Assembly (NCBI GenBank): GCA_003971905.1
Contig: RSEE01000055.1
Coordinates: forward strand, 1 to 64,000
Source of the DNA: Moniliella sp. 'wahieum'
Taxonomy: Eukaryota
DNA length: 64,000 nucleotides
Direction: 5' to 3'
How positions within the stretch are numbered: the first letter of the stretch is position 1; every line of letters begins with the position of its first letter. Positions 48,262 through 59,299 of this stretch are shown here, one piece after another. Made by a program: the position numbers and the translations under genes. The notes below the pieces were generated by a model that ran no database searches, was not told the DNA's origin, and saw nothing but the letters and a program-made list of their open reading frames with translations.

Positions 48262-48792
48262 GGAGGGCGTGCAGACAGCGAGAGGGGATGGCTCCTGGGG
48301 GCTGTCTTGCGTCTCGCCGCTTCTGGGGGCCGCCAGATCCACGCCCGGTGCGAATGGCCTGCGGTTACGTCATCGGCCAGGGCGCCGGAGCGGAAGGGGC
48401 GAAAGTTTCACGAGGCGGTGGTGCTTAATATTTAATGCTTGGGCTGTGGCTGCTCATTAATTAGCGGCGGCGGCTGAGACGCAGGCTGAGTACGGGGGCG
48501 AGTGCTGCCCAGTGCTGGGCGGCGACTCAGCAGCGCGAGGGCGGGGTAAATCGAGCTGAACACCCACACGTGACCACGCAGGCACGGCGCCAGCCACGCA
48601 GGGCGGTGGCCGCCACACGAGGCGAGCGCGCGCGCCGGCCAGTGGGCTGCTGGCTGGCTGGCTGGCATGTCTGGTTGGGATGTTGTCTGTCGCGGGTCGC
48701 TGCCACAACCACCTTCTCTTTCGCTTCTCCTCTTCTCCTCCTTCTCGTCCTTCTGCTTCTCCACCACCCACCATCTCTTCGCCCCCCCCCCC

Positions 48793-50461
48793 ATGGCCCA
48801 GCTCTCCCACCTGGGCCTCCCCCCCGGCGCCACGCCAGCCGACATGGCCTATGCCTTCGCCGCGCGCGCCCGCCCCGCATCGGCAGCCTCATCCCCTCTC
48901 CCTCCCCTACCTCGCCCCTTTTCTCCGTCGAAGACACAGAGCCGCGCCGACTGGGCTGCGCGCTGGTCCAGCGCGACGACGTGAATGTCGCCGGCTTTGC
49001 CGCTCGCCGGTTTGAGCGCCACCACGTCTCTGGCGCGAGTACCAGACCGCCGTGCCGCTCCACCGCCGCGCCACCACCGCCCCTGCCCACCCCTATCTCC
49101 CCCCCGGCCCATGAACCACCTACCTCCCGTCGCTCTCGCACAATGCCGCGTACGATGCGCCCAGCTGGGCTGGCGATGCTTCGAGTGAGGCAGGCATTTT
49201 GGACCTGCCCAACCCCTTTGGGCCTGCCAGTCCGTTGTCCCCCCCAGCTGGGCAGAGTGATGGTGGGGAGGAGGTACCCCTGGCGGCCTGTACCGATTGT
49301 GGTCGCAAGATCCCATTGGATGAAATGGAGCTGCATGTTGTTTTCCGCGGCGCCCCACCTCGCTTCTTCCATTGACCTGAACTCCTCTTCTTCGTCGGGC
49401 TCGCAACGACCGAGATACGATCCCGCCTTCTCGCTCGCTCCCTCTTTCCTCGCAAGGCTGGTCGCACGGCCAATCTCAAACCAAACCCACCCTTCACCCT
49501 GTCGTGCAACACTCGCGCTCCAATCCCCCATGGGCCGCACCTCGCCTGCACAGGAGGACATTGTGGCGCTGCGAAGAAAACGGATTGCGGAGCAACGTGC
49601 CGCCCGCCGCGCACGGATCGTCGGAGCGGTCGGACGAAGCGGCTGGCAGCGATGAACAGGAAGGGATTTTTTTGGTCTAGGCCGGCCCTGCACTACGCAA
49701 GAGCCCCAACCACTTTCTCCTCCGCTCCGACGTGGTACCGAGCCCTTTGGATCTCCGCCGCTGGCACTCTCGGGCCGGCTGCGCTCTGCCACCACGCCGC
49801 TTGCTCCGCCCCGGTCCAGCTCCAAGCACTTGTGCAGCGAATGTGAGGCGCCTGGGCTCGCGGTACATTTCCCACGTGGGCCGGAGGTGGTGCAAAGCGT
49901 GTTATGTGCAGCACTTTTCCCCCCGCTGTCCCACCTGCAGTTTGCCCGTGGAAGCCCAAGGGGTCAAGCAAAGATGCGTCGCTACGGGCGTGTTTCATCG
50001 TGCTTGCTTCGTGTGTGCGCACAAGGGGTGTCTTCTCCCGCTCACCGCTACCGAGGCTGGCGAGCATTTCGTTTTCCGTTCCCGCCCGTACTGTGCTCGG
50101 CACTACCACGAGCAAGCTGGCACGCTGTGCGCGTGTGCGATCGTGGGGTCGAGGGCGCCGCGCGTTTCTCCGAGGGCGGGTGTACCATGTGTCGTGTCTA
50201 GTTTGCCAGTTTACTCCCGACCTGCTCGGCCAACGAGGCACGTCCAAGTCGTGCAAGACAGTACGTTTTGTTCTCCTGCCTTTACTTGGTGCGCATGATT
50301 CGGATGTACTAACCCGCCCCTCGCCTCTGCGCCCAGCCGCTCGATACTTTTTATCAGGTGGGCAAGAAACGGCTGTGTGAGGCGCACTACCAGTGGTCGC
50401 GGCCCATGGCGCTGTTAAAGCCGAGAAGCGCGTCTCGATTTTGAGACCCCTCAAGTACTAG
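48793..50461 (+). CDS. LIM-domain (paxillin-like) protein; intron 50261-50336
   Basis: C-terminal LIM zinc fingers: WCKACY..PRCPTC...FHRACFVC..PYCARHYHEQAGTLC...YHVSCLVC...LCVRH; ends AEKRVSILRPLKY*; Pro/Ser-rich N-terminus. Confidence 0.8.
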
Positions 50462-51329
50462 TCCTAGCCGTCGTAGAACTAGGCTGGTCACTTGCATACC
50501 CTCGCTTCTTGTGCTTCTGTACCACCTGCCGTGCCGCTCGTTTGCCCCCCTCCCATCTGCCCTCCTGGGCAATCCCTCTCTCTTCCCTCTCGTTTGGTTC
50601 TGGTTCGGCCTCTCACGCTCGGCGTGTGTATTTTTCTCTTTTTGGTCTTGTTGTTGGTTCGGCCTAGGCTGCCCGGATCATCTATCTATGTCTCCTGCAT
50701 CTCTGTCACAGCAGTGCGTATTGATAGCAGACAAGGCACTCGACCCGTCAGACTTGGCTGGAGAGAGTTGACTGGCTGCGCTGAGGAAGCCGCCCGCGTG
50801 GGTTTGGATTTGGATTGGGGCTTGGGTTCGTTTGCCTCGTCGCTCTCGCTCTCATTATGCATAGCTTACTTGCCGGCTCTGGTCTGCCACTCAGATCTCC
50901 GGGTTAGTTCACTGTCTTCACTCCTGCTTGCCATTCATCCGGCCCCCTCGGGTCCACTTCTCCTACACATGCACCATCAGCGCCACGCAGCAGCCGTCCA
51001 AGCGCCACCCATCTTCCCATCCCTCTCTTGCTCGCCGGAACTACAGTCTGGGCCTTGTGCCCCCTCCCCCCTCCTCCTTACCCTGGTTTCTATCTCTCTC
51101 TCGCACGGGCCGGCCTGGCGCTTCCCACTCTGACTGCAGTATCTCGAGGGGATCCGGTACCCGGGTACAGCACGTGCGATGGCCGTGTGCCTTGCCCACT
51201 GCGAGAGCGAAAGAGGGCTGTCTCCGTCGAACTTGGTTGTGCCACAACGGACCTGCCCAGGCGCGTAGAGTGGCTGGAGGCGAGGCGGGGACGGATCGAC
51301 GACGCTAGCCCGTGCCCTTGAAGTTGGAG

Positions 51330-51560
51330 CGACGAGGGCTTGATGGATGGGGGGTTGGCTCTGCAGGAGCTACGAACTAAGCTACGGCCGGTATCCTGTC
51401 ATTCCGTCCATGGCGATCCTCCTCGCTTTTTGCCAGGCAATACTGCATCCCGAGTTCGCTGGCTTGACTTGGCTTCTCACTCGACGCCATTGGAGCGACG
51501 GCCTTAGTCGATTCTCCCCCCTTTCGGCTGACACTATAGATACGGAGCAAAGAGTTCCAT
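51330..51560 (+). mobile_element. Possible decayed DIRS-type RNase H C-terminus
   Basis: MAILLAFCQ...LTWLLTRRHWSDGLSRF resembles W(I/V)PxxxNxxADxLSR; lies in a lower-GC intergenic island. Match judged by eye. Confidence 0.3.
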
Positions 51561-51893
51561 GTGGGCGTCAGAGGCATGCAGTATCAGCGTTCCACCGCAG
51601 TGGGAAACTAGCCCTTTTGAGATGTGAGAGGGCACCAAGGGTGCTGGCCCCACAGAGAGGAGGGGGGAAGGGGGTGCCAATGGGAAGGAAGGGGGTGGAG
51701 GCATAGAGGTGAGGGTGGGAGGGTCGATGGGCCGATGCAGGCGTGCAAGGCAAGGTAAGGTAAGGTAAGGTGGGGCTACGTGCTACCCTTGGTTTCCTCC
51801 CCAACGAAACGAACACGAAGAAGAGCGACGCCCACGAAACAAGGAACAGAAGCGGGAGGAGCAACGAGGCCAGCAATAGATGTCCTAAGCAGC

Positions 51894-52485
51894 TTAGTTC
51901 TTGCTCTCCTCCTCTTGCTCGACGGCCAGGATGGCAGCGCGCTTCTCGGCAATGCGTTGGGCGCGGCGCTCGCGCATGGCCTTGTTGCGGACCGACGGGC
52001 CTCCATCTGGTCGGCAAGGTGCTTCGAGCGCGCCTTCTCGGCCTTGGCCTTGTGGATGTGCTCAATCAAGACACGCTTGTTCTTAAACACGTTACCCTTG
52101 CTCTTGAGGTAAAGCTCGTGGTAGAGGTGCTTGTCAATCTTGCCCGCCTCGCGGACTTGCGGAGCAGACGACGCAGCACGCGCTGGCGCCGCATCCACAG
52201 GATCTTGGTAGGCATCCGGGCCTCGGCCGTACCAAAGCGCTTACCATGGCCCGTGTGGCGACCGAGACGCTTGGCCGCGTGCAGCGCACGCGCACGGCCC
52301 TTGGACTGGCCCACATCGGGCTGCTTGAGGATTTGGCCCTCGGCAACGAGCTTGCGGATGTTGGCACGGCTGTTGGCGTTCGCAATCTCGCCCTGCTCGG
52401 CCGGGTCGAGCCACACCTTGCGCTTGCCCACGCCGAGCACACTGGCGGCAAGCCGCTTTTGGATCCGAAGGTTGCTGCCGGCCAT
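51894..52485 (-). CDS. RPL19: 60S ribosomal protein eL19 (apparently intronless)
   Basis: [28 protein letters not shown]...[18 protein letters not shown]...[40 protein letters not shown]; two apparent indels. Confidence 0.97.
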
Positions 52486-52854
52486 GGTTGAGTCTTGGGG
52501 GGGAAACAGACGGAAGGGTGGATGGTCAGAGCGACGTTCGGCGCCCGTCGCCATCCATCCAGCCGGTTCCACCCCCCCGCCCACGCTCGCCCCGCGCCGT
52601 GCCGCAGTAGACCGCACGGCGCCAGTGTCGGTGCATGCAAATTTTTTTCGGTGTGCTGGGGCGGAGAGCGGTGCAGTGCGGGCCCCCGGCGCAGCCTTCA
52701 GACAGAAGCAGGGTTGGTGGATAACCCTACCGCCACCTTGGCTCGAGGCGGTCGAGGGGCAGCCGCGTGGCCCTGCCAGGCCAGCCAGCTAGCCAGCTAG
52801 CCCTCTCTTCCACCACCCACCACTGGCTCATCCTAGCTTGCTGTTCTCCTCACC
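52486..52854. promoter_or_regulatory. Bidirectional ribosomal-protein promoter
   Basis: 369 bp between divergent ATGs; contains AAATTTTTTTCG (RRPE-like, ~52639) and AACCCTAC (Homol-E/telo-box-like, ~52723). Motif roles are inferred. Confidence 0.6.
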
Positions 52855-53201
52855 ATGGTACGTGTTGCTGCCCTGGCCGTTGTTGCGCCGTCGTGCCCGC
52901 CGCAGCGCCGCTGACTCGCTTCGTCTCTCGCCTCTCGTCTCTCGTCTCCCTCAGACTCTTGCCGTTGACCTTCTCAACCCCAGCGCCGAGCAGCAAGCGC
53001 GGACGCACAAGCTCAAGCTGCTGGTGCAGCAACCGCGCTCCTACTTCCAGGACATCAAGTGCCCTGGGTGCTTTGCCCTGACCACGGTCTTCTCGCATGC
53101 GCAGACGGTGGTTGTGTGCGGCTCCTGCTCCCAGGTCCTGGCCACCCCCGGGCGGCAAGGCACGTCTGACCGAGGGCTGCTCCTTCCGTCGCAAGATGTA
53201 A
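52855..53201 (+). CDS. RPS27: 40S ribosomal protein eS27; intron 52858-52954 directly after the ATG
   Basis: [97 protein letters not shown] intron. Confidence 0.97.
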
Positions 53202-55042
53202 CTCGATCCGCCTTGCCCAGTGCCTAGCGCCCAGTGCCCTTGTCGATCGTTTTCCTCTTGTCTCTCTCTCTCTCTAGGTGTCTGTGGCCGATCGTGCCTC
53301 TCTCGGCACGGCGACCCGGTGCTTTGCCACGGCCCCACCCATACCCCGGATGGAACTGCCCGGCTGCGACGACACGATCCGCTGGCCAGCTCCCAGGTGA
53401 GTCGAATCCAATTCGTTTCGGCTTGCCCGGCCTGGCTGCCCCCCCCATCCTTCCCCTTTTTCCCATCCATCTGCAGACATGTTGTTGCCGTCCTTGTCCC
53501 TCTAAAATTTGGCGCTCTTGCCAACTACGCATGCTCATTGTTTTTTTGTACATAGCTTCTCACATGGGCGGTACCCTTGTACGCTAGCGATTGCAGGGCA
53601 GACACCATTTTAGATAGCTTGCCAGTTGGGGGGTGACTAGGTGACTAGTGACTGGTGATGAGACCTGAAATCCGGATGGCCCTCGAGGGAATGCAATCGC
53701 ACTGGTGGTGTGGTGTTCCAAGCGAACCACCGATGCCTACAGAGGAACATCAAGCTTCAAGCACCAGTTGCCACCAGGGGCTAAACTGCGGAACAAGGAA
53801 AAGCAGGACAGAGAAACAACGGACCTCCAAGGCCTGAGGAGGCACTGAAGGGACGTTGGCCAAAGCACGAGCCACGCAATGGCTCAACAGAGGGGATCTC
53901 TGTAGCGCCGCTAGCCTTGGTTCGCCTTAAGCTTGACCCAGGCCCCGACCCAACTGAAGCCGACACCGAATGGGTTCCACCGCAATCACGGAACTTTGTA
54001 ACGCCGCGTATTTGGCCCGCTGCACGCCTTGCAATAAAGCCTAACGCACGAATGGAAGCACGGTGTGGATCGCAGGTGGAGCAGCGCTTGGGACACCGCA
54101 GCTCCCGCTGGGACTATGAAGCCAGGGGAAGGATCGGTGCAAGGACCAATGCGCCCGAGCCAAGACGGTGCGGAACCAGTTGCGTGGTGCGGCGGCGCAA
54201 CGGACGACCAAGAGCCTCCTCGCGACAGGGCTGCACGCCATGCATTCAGGTCCGTCTCTTGTCTTGGTCCTGGCGTACGGTTCCACTCCATGCGTAGCTA
54301 CTACGCCCCTGCGACCCACACACAGGAGCAAATAGACGCACCCACTTGCCATCCAACGGCGCGCGCGAGGCGCACTCTGCATCTGGGGCAATCCAACCCA
54401 CGCGCACAAGGTGCCGTCCAGCCCGTCCAGTCGGACACGGGGGTACCCTAGCCACACCACCCGCGCACCGAGGCGGATCGGATCATCTCTGCATTGGAGT
54501 GTCCCGCGGAACGGCGGAGGCTTCGCCGGCTCAGTCCGCTCATCCCGCGGCGCAGGCGTGGGAGCGCGGGGCGAGGCAGTCAAGTGGTGGTACAGCAGTC
54601 CGAGAGCCAAGAGCGCCGAGCACGATCGCTCGGGCGACCAGTTGGGTCGCGAACGGCGTAGCATTCGCATCTCCGTCGAGGAACTAGGCGCAGTAAGAGA
54701 CAGCGGCGTGCGCACGTCCAGGTCCGCCCGGTCGTTTGAGCGATCCATCGGCGTACGGCCATGGTGGGGTATTTGGTGTGCGGGAGGGCACCTGGATGGA
54801 GGTAGGTGGTCCGAATCCCGCCGGGGCCAACTGGTTCATTTGACGCACGTGACGTGAGGGCAGCAGAAACGAATGAGAATGAAATTTCCAGCCGGGGATG
54901 GGAGGGGGTGCTGACATAAGCCCCCGCGCAGCGCTGGGTACGGCGCCGCGCACGAGTGGAGCCAGCTGGTTCTCCTCCCTCTTACTCTTGCTCGCTCCTG
55001 TCGCCTGCACCACCACCACCACCACGGCTACCCGATCCCGCC

Positions 55043-58000
55043 ATGGCCAGCGAGTGGCCCGAATGGGGCCTGCGGCCGCTGGCTGTCCAGCTGCAGGGCG
55101 ACGCCAAAATCCGCTGTGCCGAGGCGGCCGACGACCTGCTGCTCGTCGGCAGCACCGACGGCTGGGTGCGCTCGTACGTGCGAGCGCGTACCGCAATCGA
55201 GTCCTGGACGCTCGTTGGCGCTGTATCTGCCGCGCGCTCAGGCAAGGCGGCGGAACGGTTACTCCTTCTGCCGTTGCTGGGTGTGGCGGCGGTGTTGGCC
55301 GAGGGAGTGCTGGCGTTTTACCACCTGCCCGACTTGCGCCTGGTTGCGCGCGCCCAAGTGCCCACCATCAAGGGCGTCTCGCTGATCGTTGCGGACGAAA
55401 GTGTGCGCACAGAGCCGGAGCTGGAGTGGGGCAAGGATGGAAGACCGTATGTTTCGTTGGCGCTGGTCCGAAGGGAGAAGATCACGTTGGTGCGTCTTGT
55501 GCTGGGCGAGTGGCCGGTTGGAGTGGCTGTTGGAGCACGAGGTGTCGTTCCTGTCACGCCCTTGGCGGCTTCGCGATGGGGCAAGTGGATGTTGCTCGCG
55601 ACGTTGAAAGAGTATGTGCTTGTGGATGTGGCGCAAGGGCGGGTGGTGGAGCTAGGCCTGCCGATTTCTCAAGTGGGTGCGGCGCCGCCCAGCGACGCGT
55701 CCGGCCATTATCGCCCTCCCACGCTTTTCGGCGCGCAGCCACCGGGCCAAGCGGCCCGTGTTTGTCGTCACGTCCCATGCGCCCGACGGCAGCTTGGGCG
55801 TGTTTGTCGATCCCGTCTCGGGCGACATTCAAGCCATGTTGATCGAATGGCCGGCGCATCCGCGCAGCCTCACCCTCGCCTTGCTCCCGCAGCCGCAGGG
55901 CACGTGGCGCGGCAAATTGTCGCCTTGCTGCGCAACGATCGGATCCAAGTACACGAAGTCGACGTTGGGTACGGAATGCCACCCTTCCCCCTCCCACCAA
56001 ACAAGTCCCACCCGATACCCAACCTGGCTCCTACCCGCCCCAACTGCTCCTCGACACCCCTTTACCCCCTGCATGCACCGATGCGCGCTTCCTTTCCTCG
56101 GCAAGCACGACTTTCACCTTGCGCTTCCTGCTTCCGCCCGCTCATCGCCCCTTCCTTCCTCGGCGCGCGAGCCGATCGAGGCATGGGACTTGCCCGCGCA
56201 GCTGGCCGCGGGAGAACCGGTGGACGAGGATAGTATGGACGATGCGACGTGGGCAGCGCGCTTGACGGCGCTGGTGCCTGACCCGCTCGCCGCACGCGAT
56301 AGCGATGGCGAGGGCGAGGGAGGGCGAGGGCGATGCGCCGCTGCCGGTGCCGTTGATGGGAGCGACGGACGTGGGTGGCAAAGCGTCCATTCTACTCGGC
56401 ACGGCCGAGGGTCTATTTGTCGTGTCGCGTCCTTCTCTCGCGTCGCGTGCGCGGCCGCTACTGCGGTCGGGGCGGATGCGCGAACTCGGCTCGCTGCTCG
56501 ACTCGTTACCGGGCAGTACGTGGGACGCGGACGCAGCGCGGGCCGGCGTTGGTCTGGCACATGCACTGGCGCACATTGTAGGCTGGGTACACTTACGTGC
56601 GCTGCGGTTCGAGATGGCGTTCAGGTCGCTGCAGCGCGCCAAGGCACCGCTCAGTTGGCTCCTCGATTTGGTCCCTACCCTGATCGCCCGACTACCGCGC
56701 TTGGTCGCCGCGCACGACGACCCAGTCGCCGTACCCGCCTGTGTCGCTCGCTGTTACCCCCCGTTCCCTCCACCCGGACCCGAACAGCGTTACCTTGACC
56801 GCGCTGATCCGGGCCAACCTGGTGATGAATTATGCGCCGTTGCTGACGGTGCCCTCGGTGGCCGAGCTGAGCAGGCGGCTGGGTACGGTGCGGGTGCAGA
56901 CGCAACCAGACGCGGGCGCAGACACGGCGGGGCGGGGCCTGTGGAACAACTGTTTGATGCTCTGGCCACTTCGGCGCGTGCGCACCTGGCGCAATGGATT
57001 GAGGTGGCGCGGCACGATCCGCGCTCAGCGCATCTTGCGCCCACGGTGAAACAGCGCGCACGTTGTCCACGCTGGTTGCGCAGATCTATGCGCTGGCACC
57101 GGTGCGAGATACAGCGTCGACGATCAAGCTGCATGCGCTCTTGCCCTCGGATTCGGTCGCGCTTCCGACGGAGAGGCGGATGACTTGGCGGCCGTCGAGT
57201 GGGATCGCGTTCGGCCGCTGTTGGAGGGCCAAGGCAAGTGGCACCCCTTGGCGCGTCTGGCGCAAGCCGAGGGAGATGCACCTACTTTCTTTTGCTCGCC
57301 ACGGCTTTGGTGGATGGGAGCAAGGTGGATGGCGCGCTACGCATTGCCTGGGCCGAGCACGAATATGCGATGTCGGCAGCAGCAGTGGCAAGAAGCGCAG
57401 TGGGCTGCGCATCAGCGCAGTCTTTCCGGCACGGGCCTGGAACGCGTACCCGAGGGAGACGGAACCGGAGACGAAGCGCGAGGAGCCAAGACGGTACCGT
57501 TGGCGCTCAAGCCGTTGGCCGTGGCTGATGTGCTGGCCACGCTGCAGCGCGCTGGCTCGCCGCCCTTGGTCCAACACTATGCGCTGTGGTGCAGCATGCC
57601 GAACCAGCCTCGGCCGTGGCAGCCTTGTCGCATGCGCCTGTGCCGGCCGACCAGGCCGTGGCGCACCACGAGGCCGTCTTGCGTGCCATCCGCGCCGTAG
57701 ACGCCAAGGGCGAAACCACCCCCGTCTCTACCTGGAACAAGTCGCGCTGGCGCTCCCTGCCCCCCTCGCTTTACGCCGTCTGCTGCTACACAATCTATTG
57801 GAGGAGCTGGCGGGCGCGTTGCGCGGCGAAAGCAACCACGAAAGCGACAGCCAAACCGAACCCGAAACCGAAAGGGAAACCGAAACCAACAACGAAAGCG
57901 ACCATGTGTCACCCATGCGTTCACTACAGCAAGCCTACCAAAACGGATGTATGCCGAGTCATTTTTTGCCCACTTGGCTCTGCACGCGTCGAGCGCGCCG

Positions 58001-59204
58001 ATCAGCGAGCCGTCGTCGTCATCATCGTCGGATGCCGTAGAGAGAGGGGCGGCGGAGGATCGGGCGGCGCTGGCGGTTCGGATCCGGATCAAGCTCATTT
58101 TGCTCTTGCAAGCATTTGCTCTCGAGCTCGTGCCGCCCGACCGGGTGCCGCTACCGCAAGCGGGCGAGGAATGTGCGGCGCTGCTGGCGCAGCTGAGGCA
58201 GATGGGCCACGAGGGACTCTTGTCGTACGAGCAAGCGATCCTGCTCGGGCCGCTGGGCCGGCATGCGGAAGCGTTGCGTCTGCTCGGCATCCAGCTCGGC
58301 GACACCAACTCGGCCGAGACGTATTGTCTGCTGCTGGGGGTGGTGGTGGCGCCATGGTGGCCAAACGGGTGGCCAGCATGCTTGCCCCGGCCCACCGCTC
58401 CTCGCGCGCACGCGGCCACCGACGCATGACGACGGCCGGGGTGGAGCTGGCGTCGCTGTATGGCCACGACCCCACGCCGCCGCCGGGCGCGAGCGCGAGC
58501 GCGGGTGCGGGTGCGGGTGCGGGTGCGGTGCAGGTGCGGGTGCGGGTGCGCCGCGGGCCACGGAGCCCGTGACGGAGACGACCTTGCAGCTGGAGACGCT
58601 GCCTGGGTATGCGCGCCTGCTCGCGCACTGCGCCGGCTCGCTCGGGGCCGACGGCGAGCGCGGCACGGCGCCGACGGGCGGGAGATGGAGCCGAGGGAGG
58701 TGAATCGGCGGGAGCTGTTTATGCAGCTGCTCAAGGTGTACACGCATTCGCCCGACCGGTATGTGTGTTTGTGTGTGTTTTTGTGGGTGTATGCTGACAA
58801 GGCTGGGCAGGGAGCGGCTGGCGCTGCCGCTGCAGCACCTGCTGACGACGCAGAGCATGCGGCTGGAGCCGACGGCGGTGCTGGCGGAGCTGGAGGACGG
58901 GGTGGAGCTGGCGCGGCTGCGGACGTTCCTGGTGCGAGCGACGCGGCGGGAGGCGCACGCAGCGCAGGTGGCGCAGCTGCTCAAGCACGCCGCGCGCGGC
59001 CGACGAGCGCGACACGGCGCTGCGCACGTTCGGCGTGCTGCGCGCGCGGGGGGGCTGGCGGGTGGATGTGGATGCGAAGCAGGTCACGTGAGGGAATGCA
59101 CTGATGAGGATGAGGCGGGAGACAGAGAGGGGCTGCTTCATAGTGGGAGTACGAGTGCGAAAGGTAGAAAGGTAGGGTTGGCGTGCGCTGGCATAGGAGC
59201 GTAG
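55043..59204 (+). CDS. CNH-domain vacuolar tethering subunit (Vps3/TGFBRAP1 or Vam6/Vps39-like); intron 58759-58810
   Basis: N-terminal IRCAEAADDLLLVGSTDG and CNH-like beta region; YEQAILLGPLGRHAEALRLL...DTNSAETYC; LFMQLLKVY; LEPTAVLAEL..LRTFL. Many frameshifts. Confidence 0.8.
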
Positions 59205-59299
59205 GAGCATACGCTTGGGCCAAAGCACAACCACGCGCAGGCGCCTCGAAGCGCAGGCAACCCCAAGCACCTGACCCCACCGCACACCGCCTCCCCAGC

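Noticed and set aside
54400..54620. Atg5-like motif (LGLLYHH...PFRGTLQ)
   Set aside because: Lacks the surrounding Atg5 signatures (PRxSYL, KWHxP, KEAD); similarity too weak.
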